From: Nitrospirota bacterium
Lineage (GTDB): Bacteria; Nitrospirota; Thermodesulfovibrionia; Thermodesulfovibrionales; JdFR-85
Assembly: GCA_015484595.1 (NCBI GenBank)
Contig: WFMM01000124.1
Location: 1-60,242 of the forward strand
Reading direction: 5' to 3'
DNA length: 60,242 nt
The notes beneath the pieces were generated by a model. That model was given only the letters and a program-made list of their open reading frames with translations, ran no database searches and was not told the DNA's origin. How positions within the stretch are numbered: position 1 is the stretch's first letter; each line of letters opens with the position of its first letter. Below are positions 8,086 through 15,895 of this stretch, in pieces. Position numbers and translations under genes: made by a program.

Positions 8086-9309
8086 TTACTGCCCTATTTC
8101 CAGACCTGAGTCAATAATGTCTCTCAGTCTTTTTGCTGAAACAGGGTCAATCTCCTTCAGTCGCTGATATACCTCTTCAGCCAGGTCTCGCCTGTCAATA
8201 CTCACATACACTGTGCCAAGCCCCTCAAGGGCATCCACATTTTCAGGGTCAATCTCAAGGGCCTTCTTAAAGGCATCAATCGCCTGCTGTGCACGCTCCA
8301 TGTGGATGTTTAAAAGACTGTAGCCAAGCCCTGAGTGGTACTCACTAACATCAGGGGAAAGCTCTACGGCCTTTTTGTACTCCCTGTAGGCATTGGTAGC
8401 AAATCCCATGTTAAGGAGTGTCTCTCCATAAAGGGCATGAAGCTCAGGGTTTTCAGGCCACCGTTTTACAGCATCTCTAAGCAATGTTGCTGCCCTGCCA
8501 AAGTCCTCGTCGTCAAGCTTACTTTCCACGGTGGCAATTATCTGTTCTACCTCTTTTTGATTGGCCCTTTGAGAGGTATCTTCGTTTTCCTCAATCGTTT
8601 CAGTATCCTTATAGGAAAGCACGACCCCCTTTGGACCATATTTAGCCTGAATTATCAATCCCTTGAGTCTGTCTTTATAGTTTTTTAGAAAGCCTCTTGC
8701 CTCACCGTATGTGCTGAATGCTCCGACACGAAGGCTATAGTGGTCGCCGTGTCGCTCAATCCGCAGTGTCTTAAGGTCCTCTTTGCTAAGCAGTTTTTCT
8801 ACCCTTTTATACTCCTTTATTGCCTGCCTTAACTTCTGATAGGTCTGAATCTCAATGGTGTAAACGACCCGCTCTTCAAAACTGTTTTTTGATTTCTCAG
8901 GCTTAGTTATAACGCTCTCAGTGAAAGGCTTTTTTAAACTCTTCCTTTTAACAGTCTCCACCTTTTCAATGCCCTTTTCCTTTAGTACCAGCATCTCGTT
9001 TTCCTTCGTGTTTTCAAGGACAAAGGGGTCTTTGACTGCGGATTTTAACTTTTTTGTAAAGTCCAGGGCCTCTTTGTAACTCCTAAAGTCCCCAACCCTT
9101 ACGACGAGGTACCGCTTTCCCTTAAGGAGTCTTACATAAAGCCCCGGGGAGTCTTTGATAAACTTCTCCATGTAATCAAAGTGCCTTAAGGCATAGGTCT
9201 TTGCCAGAAGGCCGTAGGTTGCAGTCTGAACACTGTAGGTCTTTGCAAAGCAGTAGGCGGGCACGAGGAAAAGAAAAACAGCTATAATAAATATTGCCTT
9301 TTTCATCAT
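8086..9309 (-). CDS. Secreted protein with two SPOR-like domains and C-terminal TPR repeats
   Basis: It has a signal peptide (MMKKAIFIIAVFLFLVPAYCFA). A SPOR-like pattern occurs twice (YSVQ/YTIEIQ...RVG.F.....A). TPR repeats follow (ALYGETLLNMG, AYREYKKAVELSP, AIDAFKKALEIDP). Confidence 0.7.
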   Translation of the reverse strand: MMKKAIFIIAVFLFLVPAYCFAKTYSVQTATYGLLAKTYALRHFDYMEKFIKDSPGLYVRLLKGKRYLVVRVGDFRSYKEALDFTKKLKSAVKDPFVLENTKENEMLVLKEKGIEKVETVKRKSLKKPFTESVITKPEKSKNSFEERVVYTIEIQTYQKLRQAIKEYKRVEKLLSKEDLKTLRIERHGDHYSLRVGAFSTYGEARGFLKNYKDRLKGLIIQAKYGPKGVVLSYKDTETIEENEDTSQRANQKEVEQIIATVESKLDDEDFGRAATLLRDAVKRWPENPELHALYGETLLNMGFATNAYREYKKAVELSPDVSEYHSGLGYSLLNIHMERAQQAIDAFKKALEIDPENVDALEGLGTVYVSIDRRDLAEEVYQRLKEIDPVSAKRLRDIIDSGLEIGQ

Positions 9310-9319
9310 TATAGTAAAG

Positions 9320-9328
9320 ATTATATCA
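9320..9328 (-). promoter_or_regulatory. Extended -10 (TGATATAAT) candidate promoter for the SPOR-TPR gene
   Basis: The minus strand reads TGATATAAT followed by ctttactata and then ATGATG. No SD site is visible, which implies a very short or absent leader. Confidence 0.35.
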
Positions 9329-9350
9329 AAAACGGTAAAGGAAAGGGGTC

Positions 9351-9419
9351 AGGATTTCAAATTTCAGATTTCTGATTTGGGATTTATTTAGAATTTAGAA
9401 ATTAGGATTTAGAATTTTA
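9351..9419. repeat. Heptamer arrays: inverted H2 (NNGATTT x5, 9351-9385) followed by inverted H1 (ATTTAGA type, 9386-9419)
   Basis: The sequence is aggatttcaaatttcagatttctgatttgggattt, then atttagaatttagaaattaggatttagaatttta. The array ends 9 nt before the aat ATG. Confidence 0.8.
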
Positions 9420-9428
9420 CGCTAATTT

Positions 9429-10145
9429 ATGCCTGTGTTTCTACTTTCAGATGAGCTGGCTTTTCCGCCTGTTGAGCTTGCAGAGCATGACGGGCTTCTT
9501 GCGGTTGGTGGTGACCTTAGCCCTGAGAGGCTCCTTCTTGCCTACAGAGAGGGCATATTCCCATGGTTTACCGAGGATACAGAGATTCTCTGGTGGTCAC
9601 CTGACCCGAGGCTCGTTCTTTTTCCTGATGAACTGAGAATCTCAAGGAGCCTCAGACAGACCATAAAAAAGGGACTCTTTAGCATCACCCTTGACAGGGC
9701 ATTTTCAGAGGTCATCAGGGCATGTGCTGAGGTGCACAGCTTAAAAGACGGTGACACCTGGATAACCCCTTCCATGATTGATGCCTACACCAGATTACAC
9801 CAGATGGGATATGCCCACTCGGTTGAGGCCTGGTCAGGAGGTAAACTGGTGGGAGGGCTTTACGGGGTCTCCCTTGGCAGTGCCTTCTTTGGTGAGTCCA
9901 TGTTTACCCGTGTGTCCAATGCATCAAAGGTTGCCTTTGTGTTTGCAGTAAAACAGTTTAAGAAGTGGGGGTTCAGACTCATAGACTGCCAAGTTACCAC
10001 TGAACATCTGAAGCGTTTCGGTGCAAGACAGATTAAGAGAGCAGAGTTTTTAAGACTTTTGAAGGAGGTCCTGAAGGACAGAACCAGAAAGGGCAGGTGG
10101 AAACTAACCGTCACGGTTAAAGAAGTCCTTGAGAAAGCCGATTAG
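9429..10145 (+). CDS. aat: Leucyl/phenylalanyl-tRNA--protein transferase
   Basis: The 238-aa product has the motifs LLLAYREGIFPWF and FFGESMFTR, which are typical of Aat. Confidence 0.9.
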   Translation: MPVFLLSDELAFPPVELAEHDGLLAVGGDLSPERLLLAYREGIFPWFTEDTEILWWSPDPRLVLFPDELRISRSLRQTIKKGLFSITLDRAFSEVIRACAEVHSLKDGDTWITPSMIDAYTRLHQMGYAHSVEAWSGGKLVGGLYGVSLGSAFFGESMFTRVSNASKVAFVFAVKQFKKWGFRLIDCQVTTEHLKRFGARQIKRAEFLRLLKEVLKDRTRKGRWKLTVTVKEVLEKAD

Positions 10146-11369
10146 TTCGTCCCTTGAAATCTCCCTTTCTTCTGATGCCTTCATATCCTTAAACTTAAAA
10201 ACACCCCTTTTTATCTCCTCTTCACCTATTATCAGGACCACAGGAGAGCCGACCTTATCTGCCCTTCTCATCTGACTCTTGACAGAGGCACTCCTCAGGT
10301 CCATGTCTGCCCTTAAACCCTCTTTCCTCAGCCTTGAAACCAGCTGAAATGCAACCTCTCTTGCCTCGTCACCAATGCTTACGAAGGTAACCTGCGGGCA
10401 CTGGTCGGGCATCTGGGTTTTTTCTTTTAAAAGGGCAATGAGCCTTTCCATACCAACTGCAAAACCCACTGCAGGTGTAGGCGGCCCGCCAAACTCCTCG
10501 ACCAGCCTGTCGTAGCGCCCACCTGCTGCAACTGCATTCTGGGCACCAAGTGCCGAGGAGGTAACCTCAAAGGTGGTCCTTGTGTAATAATCAAGCCCAC
10601 GCACCATCTCTGGATTTACCCTGTAGGTGATGCCCAGTTTCTTAAGTGCAGACTGAAAGGCATTAAAGTGGTCTTTACAGTCCTCACAGAGGAAGTCAAG
10701 TATCACAGGTGCGTCCTTTACATACTCCTTACAGGTGGGCACCTTACAGTCAAGCACCCTGAGAGGGTTCTGACTGTATCTGCGTTGACAGTCCGAACAG
10801 AGGTCACTGACACCCTTATTCAGATACTCAATGAGCCTATCCCTGTAACCAGGCCTGCAACTGCTACAGCCAATGGAGTTTACCTCTACACTGAGTCCAT
10901 CAAGCCCCACCCTTTCAAGAAACACAACCAGCATCTCAATCAGCTCAGCATCCACCTCTGGTGCATCCAGCCCGAAGACCTCAACCCCTGTTTGATGAAA
11001 CTGTCTGAGTCTTCCCTTTTGTGGCCTCTCGTAACGAAACATGGGCCCCATGTAGTAAAACTTCTGGGGTGGTGGAAGCTGATTGAGGCTGTGCTGAATG
11101 TAGGCCCTCACAACAGAGGCAGTCCCCTCTGGCCGCATGGTAAGGCTTCTTCCTGCCCTGTCAGAAAAGGTGTACATCTCCTTTTCCACAATGTCAGTGG
11201 TCTCACCAATGCTTCTGATAAATAGCTCTGTAAACTCAAGTATGGGTGTCCTTATCTCCTTAAACCCATAGAGGCTAAAAACATCCCTTGCAGTCTGCTC
11301 AACGAACTGCCAGAGAAAGGTCTCAGGAGGCAGTATGTCCTGAACTCCCTTAATACTCCTGTACTTCAT
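10104..11369 (-). CDS. hisS: Histidine--tRNA ligase
   Basis: It has class II aaRS motifs (MYTFSDRAGRSLTMRPEGT, FRYERPQKGRLRQFHQ, GGRYD). I place the start at ATG 11369 (MKYRSIKGVQDILPPE). The longer track ORF runs into divIVA. Confidence 0.9.
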   Translation of the reverse strand: MKYRSIKGVQDILPPETFLWQFVEQTARDVFSLYGFKEIRTPILEFTELFIRSIGETTDIVEKEMYTFSDRAGRSLTMRPEGTASVVRAYIQHSLNQLPPPQKFYYMGPMFRYERPQKGRLRQFHQTGVEVFGLDAPEVDAELIEMLVVFLERVGLDGLSVEVNSIGCSSCRPGYRDRLIEYLNKGVSDLCSDCQRRYSQNPLRVLDCKVPTCKEYVKDAPVILDFLCEDCKDHFNAFQSALKKLGITYRVNPEMVRGLDYYTRTTFEVTSSALGAQNAVAAGGRYDRLVEEFGGPPTPAVGFAVGMERLIALLKEKTQMPDQCPQVTFVSIGDEAREVAFQLVSRLRKEGLRADMDLRSASVKSQMRRADKVGSPVVLIIGEEEIKRGVFKFKDMKASEEREISRDELIGFLKDFFNRDG

Positions 11370-11898
11370 CCTCTTCCTCGGGGTTTGGCTCTTCAAAGGC
11401 CTCGGTCTGTATTGCATCTTCCTCAGATGAGTCAGCAGCCTCCTCAGACTCCCGCACATCGTCAAACTCAAGCATCCTTAGATGGCTTTCAATGAGCCGT
11501 CTTAACTCCTCCTTGAAGTGTGTTCTGATGCCCTTGAGGTCAACGATATCCTCGTGTATCTTGACCATCTTTTCCTGTGCCTCTTTAATTATTGCGTCAG
11601 CTTTTAGTTCTGCCTCTCTGATGATAAGCTCAGCCTCTTTACGGGCGTTATTCTTGTAATCCTCCACCATCTGCTGGGCTGTCATGAGGGTTTCTCGAAG
11701 TGTGTTTTCCATGTCTCTGTATTCCTGAAGTTGCGCCTCTGTTTTGTGAAGTTTCTCCTTAAGGGTTGCGTTCTCTCTCAAAAGGTCTTCCATCTCCTCT
11801 CGCACCACCTCAAGGAATGCATAAACCTCCTCCACATCGAACCCCCGAAACTTTATAGGAAACTGTTTTTGCTGAATATCCATGGGGGTTATTCTCAT
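11350..11898 (-). CDS. divIVA: DivIVA-domain cell-division protein
   Basis: The N-terminus reads ITPMDIQQKQFPIKFRGFDVEEVYAFLEVV. A coiled coil and an acidic tail follow. Confidence 0.85.
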   Translation of the reverse strand: MRITPMDIQQKQFPIKFRGFDVEEVYAFLEVVREEMEDLLRENATLKEKLHKTEAQLQEYRDMENTLRETLMTAQQMVEDYKNNARKEAELIIREAELKADAIIKEAQEKMVKIHEDIVDLKGIRTHFKEELRRLIESHLRMLEFDDVRESEEAADSSEEDAIQTEAFEEPNPEEEDEVQEY

Positions 11899-12203
11899 AG
11901 CGGACCTCCTTTCAATTTATAACCAAGCTCTATTAGACTGCTTACGACAAAGGACCTCAAAAACACTATCGCCAGTATGGCAACAAGGGGGGAGAAGTCT
12001 ATTCCCCCGAATACGCCAAGCCGCCTCCTTATTGGTCTGAGGACAGGCTCGGTTATACCGTAAAGGAAACGAACTATAGGATTGTAAGGGTCAGGGTTTA
12101 CCCAGCTTATCAGGGCAGCAATTATAAGCACCCACATGTATATGTTAAGCAGAATGTCTAAAACATTTCCAAGTGCTATAAAAAGATTACCAAGCACAAA
12201 CAT
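11895..12203 (-). CDS. yggT: YggT-family membrane protein
   Basis: The 102-aa product has two or three TM segments. It occupies the conserved position between proC and divIVA. Confidence 0.8.
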   Translation of the reverse strand: MFVLGNLFIALGNVLDILLNIYMWVLIIAALISWVNPDPYNPIVRFLYGITEPVLRPIRRRLGVFGGIDFSPLVAILAIVFLRSFVVSSLIELGYKLKGGPL

Positions 12204-12207
12204 CGTC

Positions 12208-12993
12208 CTACCTCCTGCTTAACTCTTCTGCCCTCAGGGTGGCAGCCTCTATGGCAGACTTGATGATACCCTTAAGACCTGACGCCTCCATTGCATATAG
12301 GCCCTCTGCCGTGGTGCCTCCTGGTGAGGTTACCATCTTCTTGAGATCCCATACAGAGATGCCCTCTTGAATCATCCTGCATGTTCCCTGGAAGGTCTTA
12401 AGTGTAAGCTTCAGGGCCTCATCAAAGGTAAGTCCCATCCTGACGCCTGCCTCTGCCATGGACTCGATAAAATACGATACAAAGGCCGGCCCACTTCCGC
12501 TTAGTGCAGTTACCACATCCATCTTTCCCTCATCAAGCACCACTGCCGTGCCTATCATGTTGAATATCTCAAGCACCCTGTTCAGGTCTGCCTTTTTTAC
12601 CCCCTTTGCAACTGAAAGCACACTCATTGCCTCCCCAACAAAGGCAGGCGTGTTGGGCATTACCCTAATAACCCTTTCTGTGCCAAGGCCCTTTGTGAGT
12701 CTTGATAGCCTGATGCCTGCAGCTATGGAGACAACAAGTTTTGTTCTGTCCACCAGGGGGGCAATCTCCTGTATAACCTCTGAGATGTTCTGTGGTTTTA
12801 CGGCAAGCACCACTGTATCGGAGCGTTTTGTAACATCAGCATTACTTTTAGAGGTGCTAACCGAGTACTGCCTTTTAAGATACCTGAGTCTTTCTGCCCT
12901 TTTGTCAGAGACGATTATATCCCTCTTACCTGCCTTCCAGAGGCCCTTTATGATGGCCTCAGCCATGTTACCTCCGCCAATAAAACCTATCAT
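12208..12993 (-). CDS. proC: Pyrroline-5-carboxylate reductase
   Basis: It has a Rossmann N-terminus (IGFIGGGNMAEAII) and the C-terminal motif SPGGTTAEGL. Confidence 0.92.
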   Translation of the reverse strand: MIGFIGGGNMAEAIIKGLWKAGKRDIIVSDKRAERLRYLKRQYSVSTSKSNADVTKRSDTVVLAVKPQNISEVIQEIAPLVDRTKLVVSIAAGIRLSRLTKGLGTERVIRVMPNTPAFVGEAMSVLSVAKGVKKADLNRVLEIFNMIGTAVVLDEGKMDVVTALSGSGPAFVSYFIESMAEAGVRMGLTFDEALKLTLKTFQGTCRMIQEGISVWDLKKMVTSPGGTTAEGLYAMEASGLKGIIKSAIEAATLRAEELSRR

Positions 12994-13682
12994 CAGTAAT
13001 TCCTCCTTCCAAAGATTGCGGTTCCCACCCTTACGATTGTTGCACCCTCTTCAACGGCAACCTCATAATCTCCTGACATGCCCATTGAAAGGTGCCTGAG
13101 GTTAAATCCCCTCTGGTTCATCTGCTCCTTTAACTGCCTTAATCTCCTGAAGTAGGGTCTTACCAGCTCGGGGTCTTCAAAATAGGGAGGAATGGTCATA
13201 AGCCCTTCAACTATCAGGTTTTCCATGCCCATCATTTCAGCAAGTAAGTGCTCAAGCTCCTCTTCTGCAACTCCGTGTTTTGTCTCTTCCTCCGAGAGTT
13301 TTACCTGCACAAGCACCCTCTGAACCTTTCCGAATTCCGAAGCTGTGCGGTTTATCTTCATGGCAAGCTCCAGACTGTCCACAGACTGTATCATATCAAA
13401 AAGCATCACTGCAGGTCGAACCTTATTTTTCTGAAGATGCCCTATCATGTGCCACTGAACGGTCTGTGGGATTTTGTCTCTGAGAATCTCTATCTTTTCC
13501 TTTGCCTCCTGAACCCTGTTTTCTCCAATCAGTCTCACACCAAGGTCTATGGCTTCCTTGACCCTGTCAGCAGGCACTGTCTTCGTGACAGCCACCAGCT
13601 CAACCTCTGAGGGGTCACGGCCTGCCCTCATTGCTGCATGAGAGATTCTCTTGTACACGGTGCTTATATTCTCAAGAAGCAT
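12993..13682 (-). CDS. yggS: YggS/YlmE-family PLP-binding protein
   Basis: The 229-aa product has a PLP lysine context (LVAVTKTVP) and HMIGHLQKNK. No SD site is visible, and the H1 repeat array abuts the ATG. Confidence 0.9.
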   Translation of the reverse strand: MLLENISTVYKRISHAAMRAGRDPSEVELVAVTKTVPADRVKEAIDLGVRLIGENRVQEAKEKIEILRDKIPQTVQWHMIGHLQKNKVRPAVMLFDMIQSVDSLELAMKINRTASEFGKVQRVLVQVKLSEEETKHGVAEEELEHLLAEMMGMENLIVEGLMTIPPYFEDPELVRPYFRRLRQLKEQMNQRGFNLRHLSMGMSGDYEVAVEEGATIVRVGTAIFGRRNY

Positions 13683-13684
13683 AA

Positions 13685-13906
13685 CTTCTAAAATTTCTAA
13701 ATCCTAATTTCTAAATCCTAAACTCTTTAGAGTGTAGGGGGGAGTTTTTAGTTTTGAGTGCATAGTGTTTAGTGCCTATTAAAAACCTTAACTCAACACT
13801 CAAAATTCAACACTCAACACTAACTACACCCCCAACCCCGATAAACGCTCTTAACGCAAAGAACGCGATAAACGCAATTAACGCAATCAACGCGACTAAC
13901 GCAATA
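13685..13906. repeat. Complete composite repeat element: H1 heptamers, G-box, H3 inverted heptamer hairpin, C-box, N9 nonamers
   Basis: Modules in order: H1 at 13685-13723 (cttctaaaatttctaaatcctaatttctaaatcctaaac); GTGTAGGGGGG at 13732-13742; (AGTKTTG)n at 13742-13774; (CAAMACT)n at 13787-13824; CTACACCCCCAACCCC at 13824-13839; seven AACGCNNNN units at 13840-13906. Confidence 0.85.
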
Positions 13907-13984
13907 CAAGCTTCCCCTTTTACTTAAAATTCAAGATATTTTATCATATAACAGAAAAAAATATTATCCTTCTTATTCACAGCT

Positions 13985-15634
13985 ATGCTTCAAGAGCTTT
14001 CTATAAAAAACTTTGCGATACTAAGAAAGGTAAGGATTCCCTTTAGCAGGGGGCTTAACATCATCACCGGTGAAACCGGTGCCGGGAAATCCCTTGTAAT
14101 CAACGCACTGGAGCTGGTTCTTGGAGGAAGGGCAAGGGCTGATGTGGTCCATCCCCAGGCAAAGGAGGCAGAGATTGAGGCGGTCTTTGAACTGCCCGAG
14201 GGGTTTAAGCTGCCTGAGAGTATCTCCACAGATGAGGACCTGCTCATCCTAAGGAGGGTTATATCAAAAAACGGAAAGGGCAGGGCCTACATAAACGACA
14301 GGGCTGTCCCACTTAAGACCCTTACAACTTTGGGAGATGAGCTTATAGACATCTACGGTCAGCACGAACATCAGAGCCTGCTTAAGCCCCAGGTTCAACA
14401 GCAGATGCTTGACAGCTTTGGAGGGCTTACTGAACTTTCCTCAGAGGTTCGAAGGCTATACCACAAATCAAAAGGGCTTGAACGGGAGATATCTGAAATT
14501 AAAGAAAGACAGAGACAGAGGGCACAGAGGATTGACCTTCTTCAATACCAGATACAGGAGATTGACGATGCAGGGCTGAACCCTGAAGAGGTAGAGGAGT
14601 TATTGAAGGAACGGGAGGTTCAGAAAAACCTGACCCATCTGCTTTACCTGACAGAAAGCTCACTTAATAGGCTTAAGGAGCAGGAAGGCTCTGTGCTTGA
14701 TGTCCTTTCAGAGCTTAGGCACTCCATAGAGGAAATATCAAATGTGGATGATTCTGCCACAGCGGTTCTTAAGATGATTGAAGATGCAGAGGCATTGCTT
14801 TCTGAGGCAGCACACGAGTTAAGGTCAATCAGAGACCACTACGAGGCTGACCCTGATAGGCTTGACCAGATTGAAAGAAGGCTTGACCTTATAGAGCGGC
14901 TTAAAAGAAAATACGGCGACTCGGTTGAGGAGATACTGAAGTACAGAGAGGATGCACAACAGGAACTAAACGAGCTTTCAGGCATGGAAGAACGGCTGGA
15001 GCAGATTGAAAAGGAGCTTTCTGACACAAGGGCATACCTGATGGAAAGGGCATCTCTACTCAGTGAAAAAAGAAGGCATGTGGCTAAAGAAATAGAGCAA
15101 AGGGTTACAGAGGTGTTAAGAACTCTTGCAATGAAAAACGCAAGATTCACTGTCAATCTGCCTCAGACAGGTCTTTCAGAGCAGGGGCTTGAGACCGTTG
15201 AGTTTCTATTTTCTGCAAACCCTGGGCAGCCTGTTAAACCCCTCAACAGGGTTGCCTCTGGTGGAGAGCTCTCAAGGGTGATGCTTGCCCTTAAAAGCAT
15301 CTTTGCCTCTTCAGAGGGTGTCCCTGTTCTGGTCTTTGACGAGGTGGATTCAGGGGTAGGTGGAAAAACAGCAGAGGCAGTTGGCACTAAGCTAAAGGAG
15401 ATATCTTCACTGCATCAGGTAATCTGCATTACCCATCTTCCACAGATAGCATCCCTTGCTGACCATCACCTGCTGGTAACGAAAAAGGAAGGCAAAGAAA
15501 CCACTGAGTTAAGCATAGAAAGCATTGCTGAAGAAAAGAGGGTAAGAGAGATTGCAAGAATGCTTAGCGGCACCGTAACCGAGACATCCCTGAGACACGC
15601 AGAGGAGCTGTTAGAGAAAAACCGGAAATGTTAA
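13985..15634 (+). CDS. recN: DNA repair protein RecN
   Basis: The 549-aa product has Walker A GETGAGKS, a long coiled coil, and the C-terminal motifs ASGGELSRVMLAL and LVFDEVDSG. Confidence 0.95.
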   Translation: MLQELSIKNFAILRKVRIPFSRGLNIITGETGAGKSLVINALELVLGGRARADVVHPQAKEAEIEAVFELPEGFKLPESISTDEDLLILRRVISKNGKGRAYINDRAVPLKTLTTLGDELIDIYGQHEHQSLLKPQVQQQMLDSFGGLTELSSEVRRLYHKSKGLEREISEIKERQRQRAQRIDLLQYQIQEIDDAGLNPEEVEELLKEREVQKNLTHLLYLTESSLNRLKEQEGSVLDVLSELRHSIEEISNVDDSATAVLKMIEDAEALLSEAAHELRSIRDHYEADPDRLDQIERRLDLIERLKRKYGDSVEEILKYREDAQQELNELSGMEERLEQIEKELSDTRAYLMERASLLSEKRRHVAKEIEQRVTEVLRTLAMKNARFTVNLPQTGLSEQGLETVEFLFSANPGQPVKPLNRVASGGELSRVMLALKSIFASSEGVPVLVFDEVDSGVGGKTAEAVGTKLKEISSLHQVICITHLPQIASLADHHLLVTKKEGKETTELSIESIAEEKRVREIARMLSGTVTETSLRHAEELLEKNRKC

Positions 15635-15667
15635 AATAGTGAAATCATAGCGGAAGATGAGTTTTAC

Positions 15668-15895
15668 ATGAAAGGAAAAACAGAGATAGACTCCAACAGA
15701 TGCAAAGGCTGTGGCTACTGTGTTATCACCTGTCCCAGGGGTATAATCAGGATAGGGGACAGGCTCAATGCAGCGGGCTACTATGTGGCTGAGGTGGTAA
15801 AGCCTGATGAGTGCACAGGCTGTGCTCTCTGTGCAGAGATATGTCCTGATGTGGCTATTGAGGTCTGGAGAGAGGAAAAAAGCGTGGCAGACTAA
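15668..15895 (+). CDS. 2x[4Fe-4S] ferredoxin
   Basis: The 75-aa product has two cluster motifs, CKGCGYCVITCP and CTGCALCAEICP. Confidence 0.8.
   Translation: MKGKTEIDSNRCKGCGYCVITCPRGIIRIGDRLNAAGYYVAEVVKPDECTGCALCAEICPDVAIEVWREEKSVAD

Noticed and set aside
12458-13099. 213-aa plus-strand ORF
   Set aside because: It is antisense to proC and yggS, and its Ser/Thr/Leu-rich translation has no motifs.
13685-13906. Interpreting the 7-mer and 9-mer arrays as CRISPR arrays
   Set aside because: The periods are 7 and 9 nt with no unique spacers. CRISPR repeats are 24-48 nt and are separated by spacers of similar size. No cas genes are in the window.
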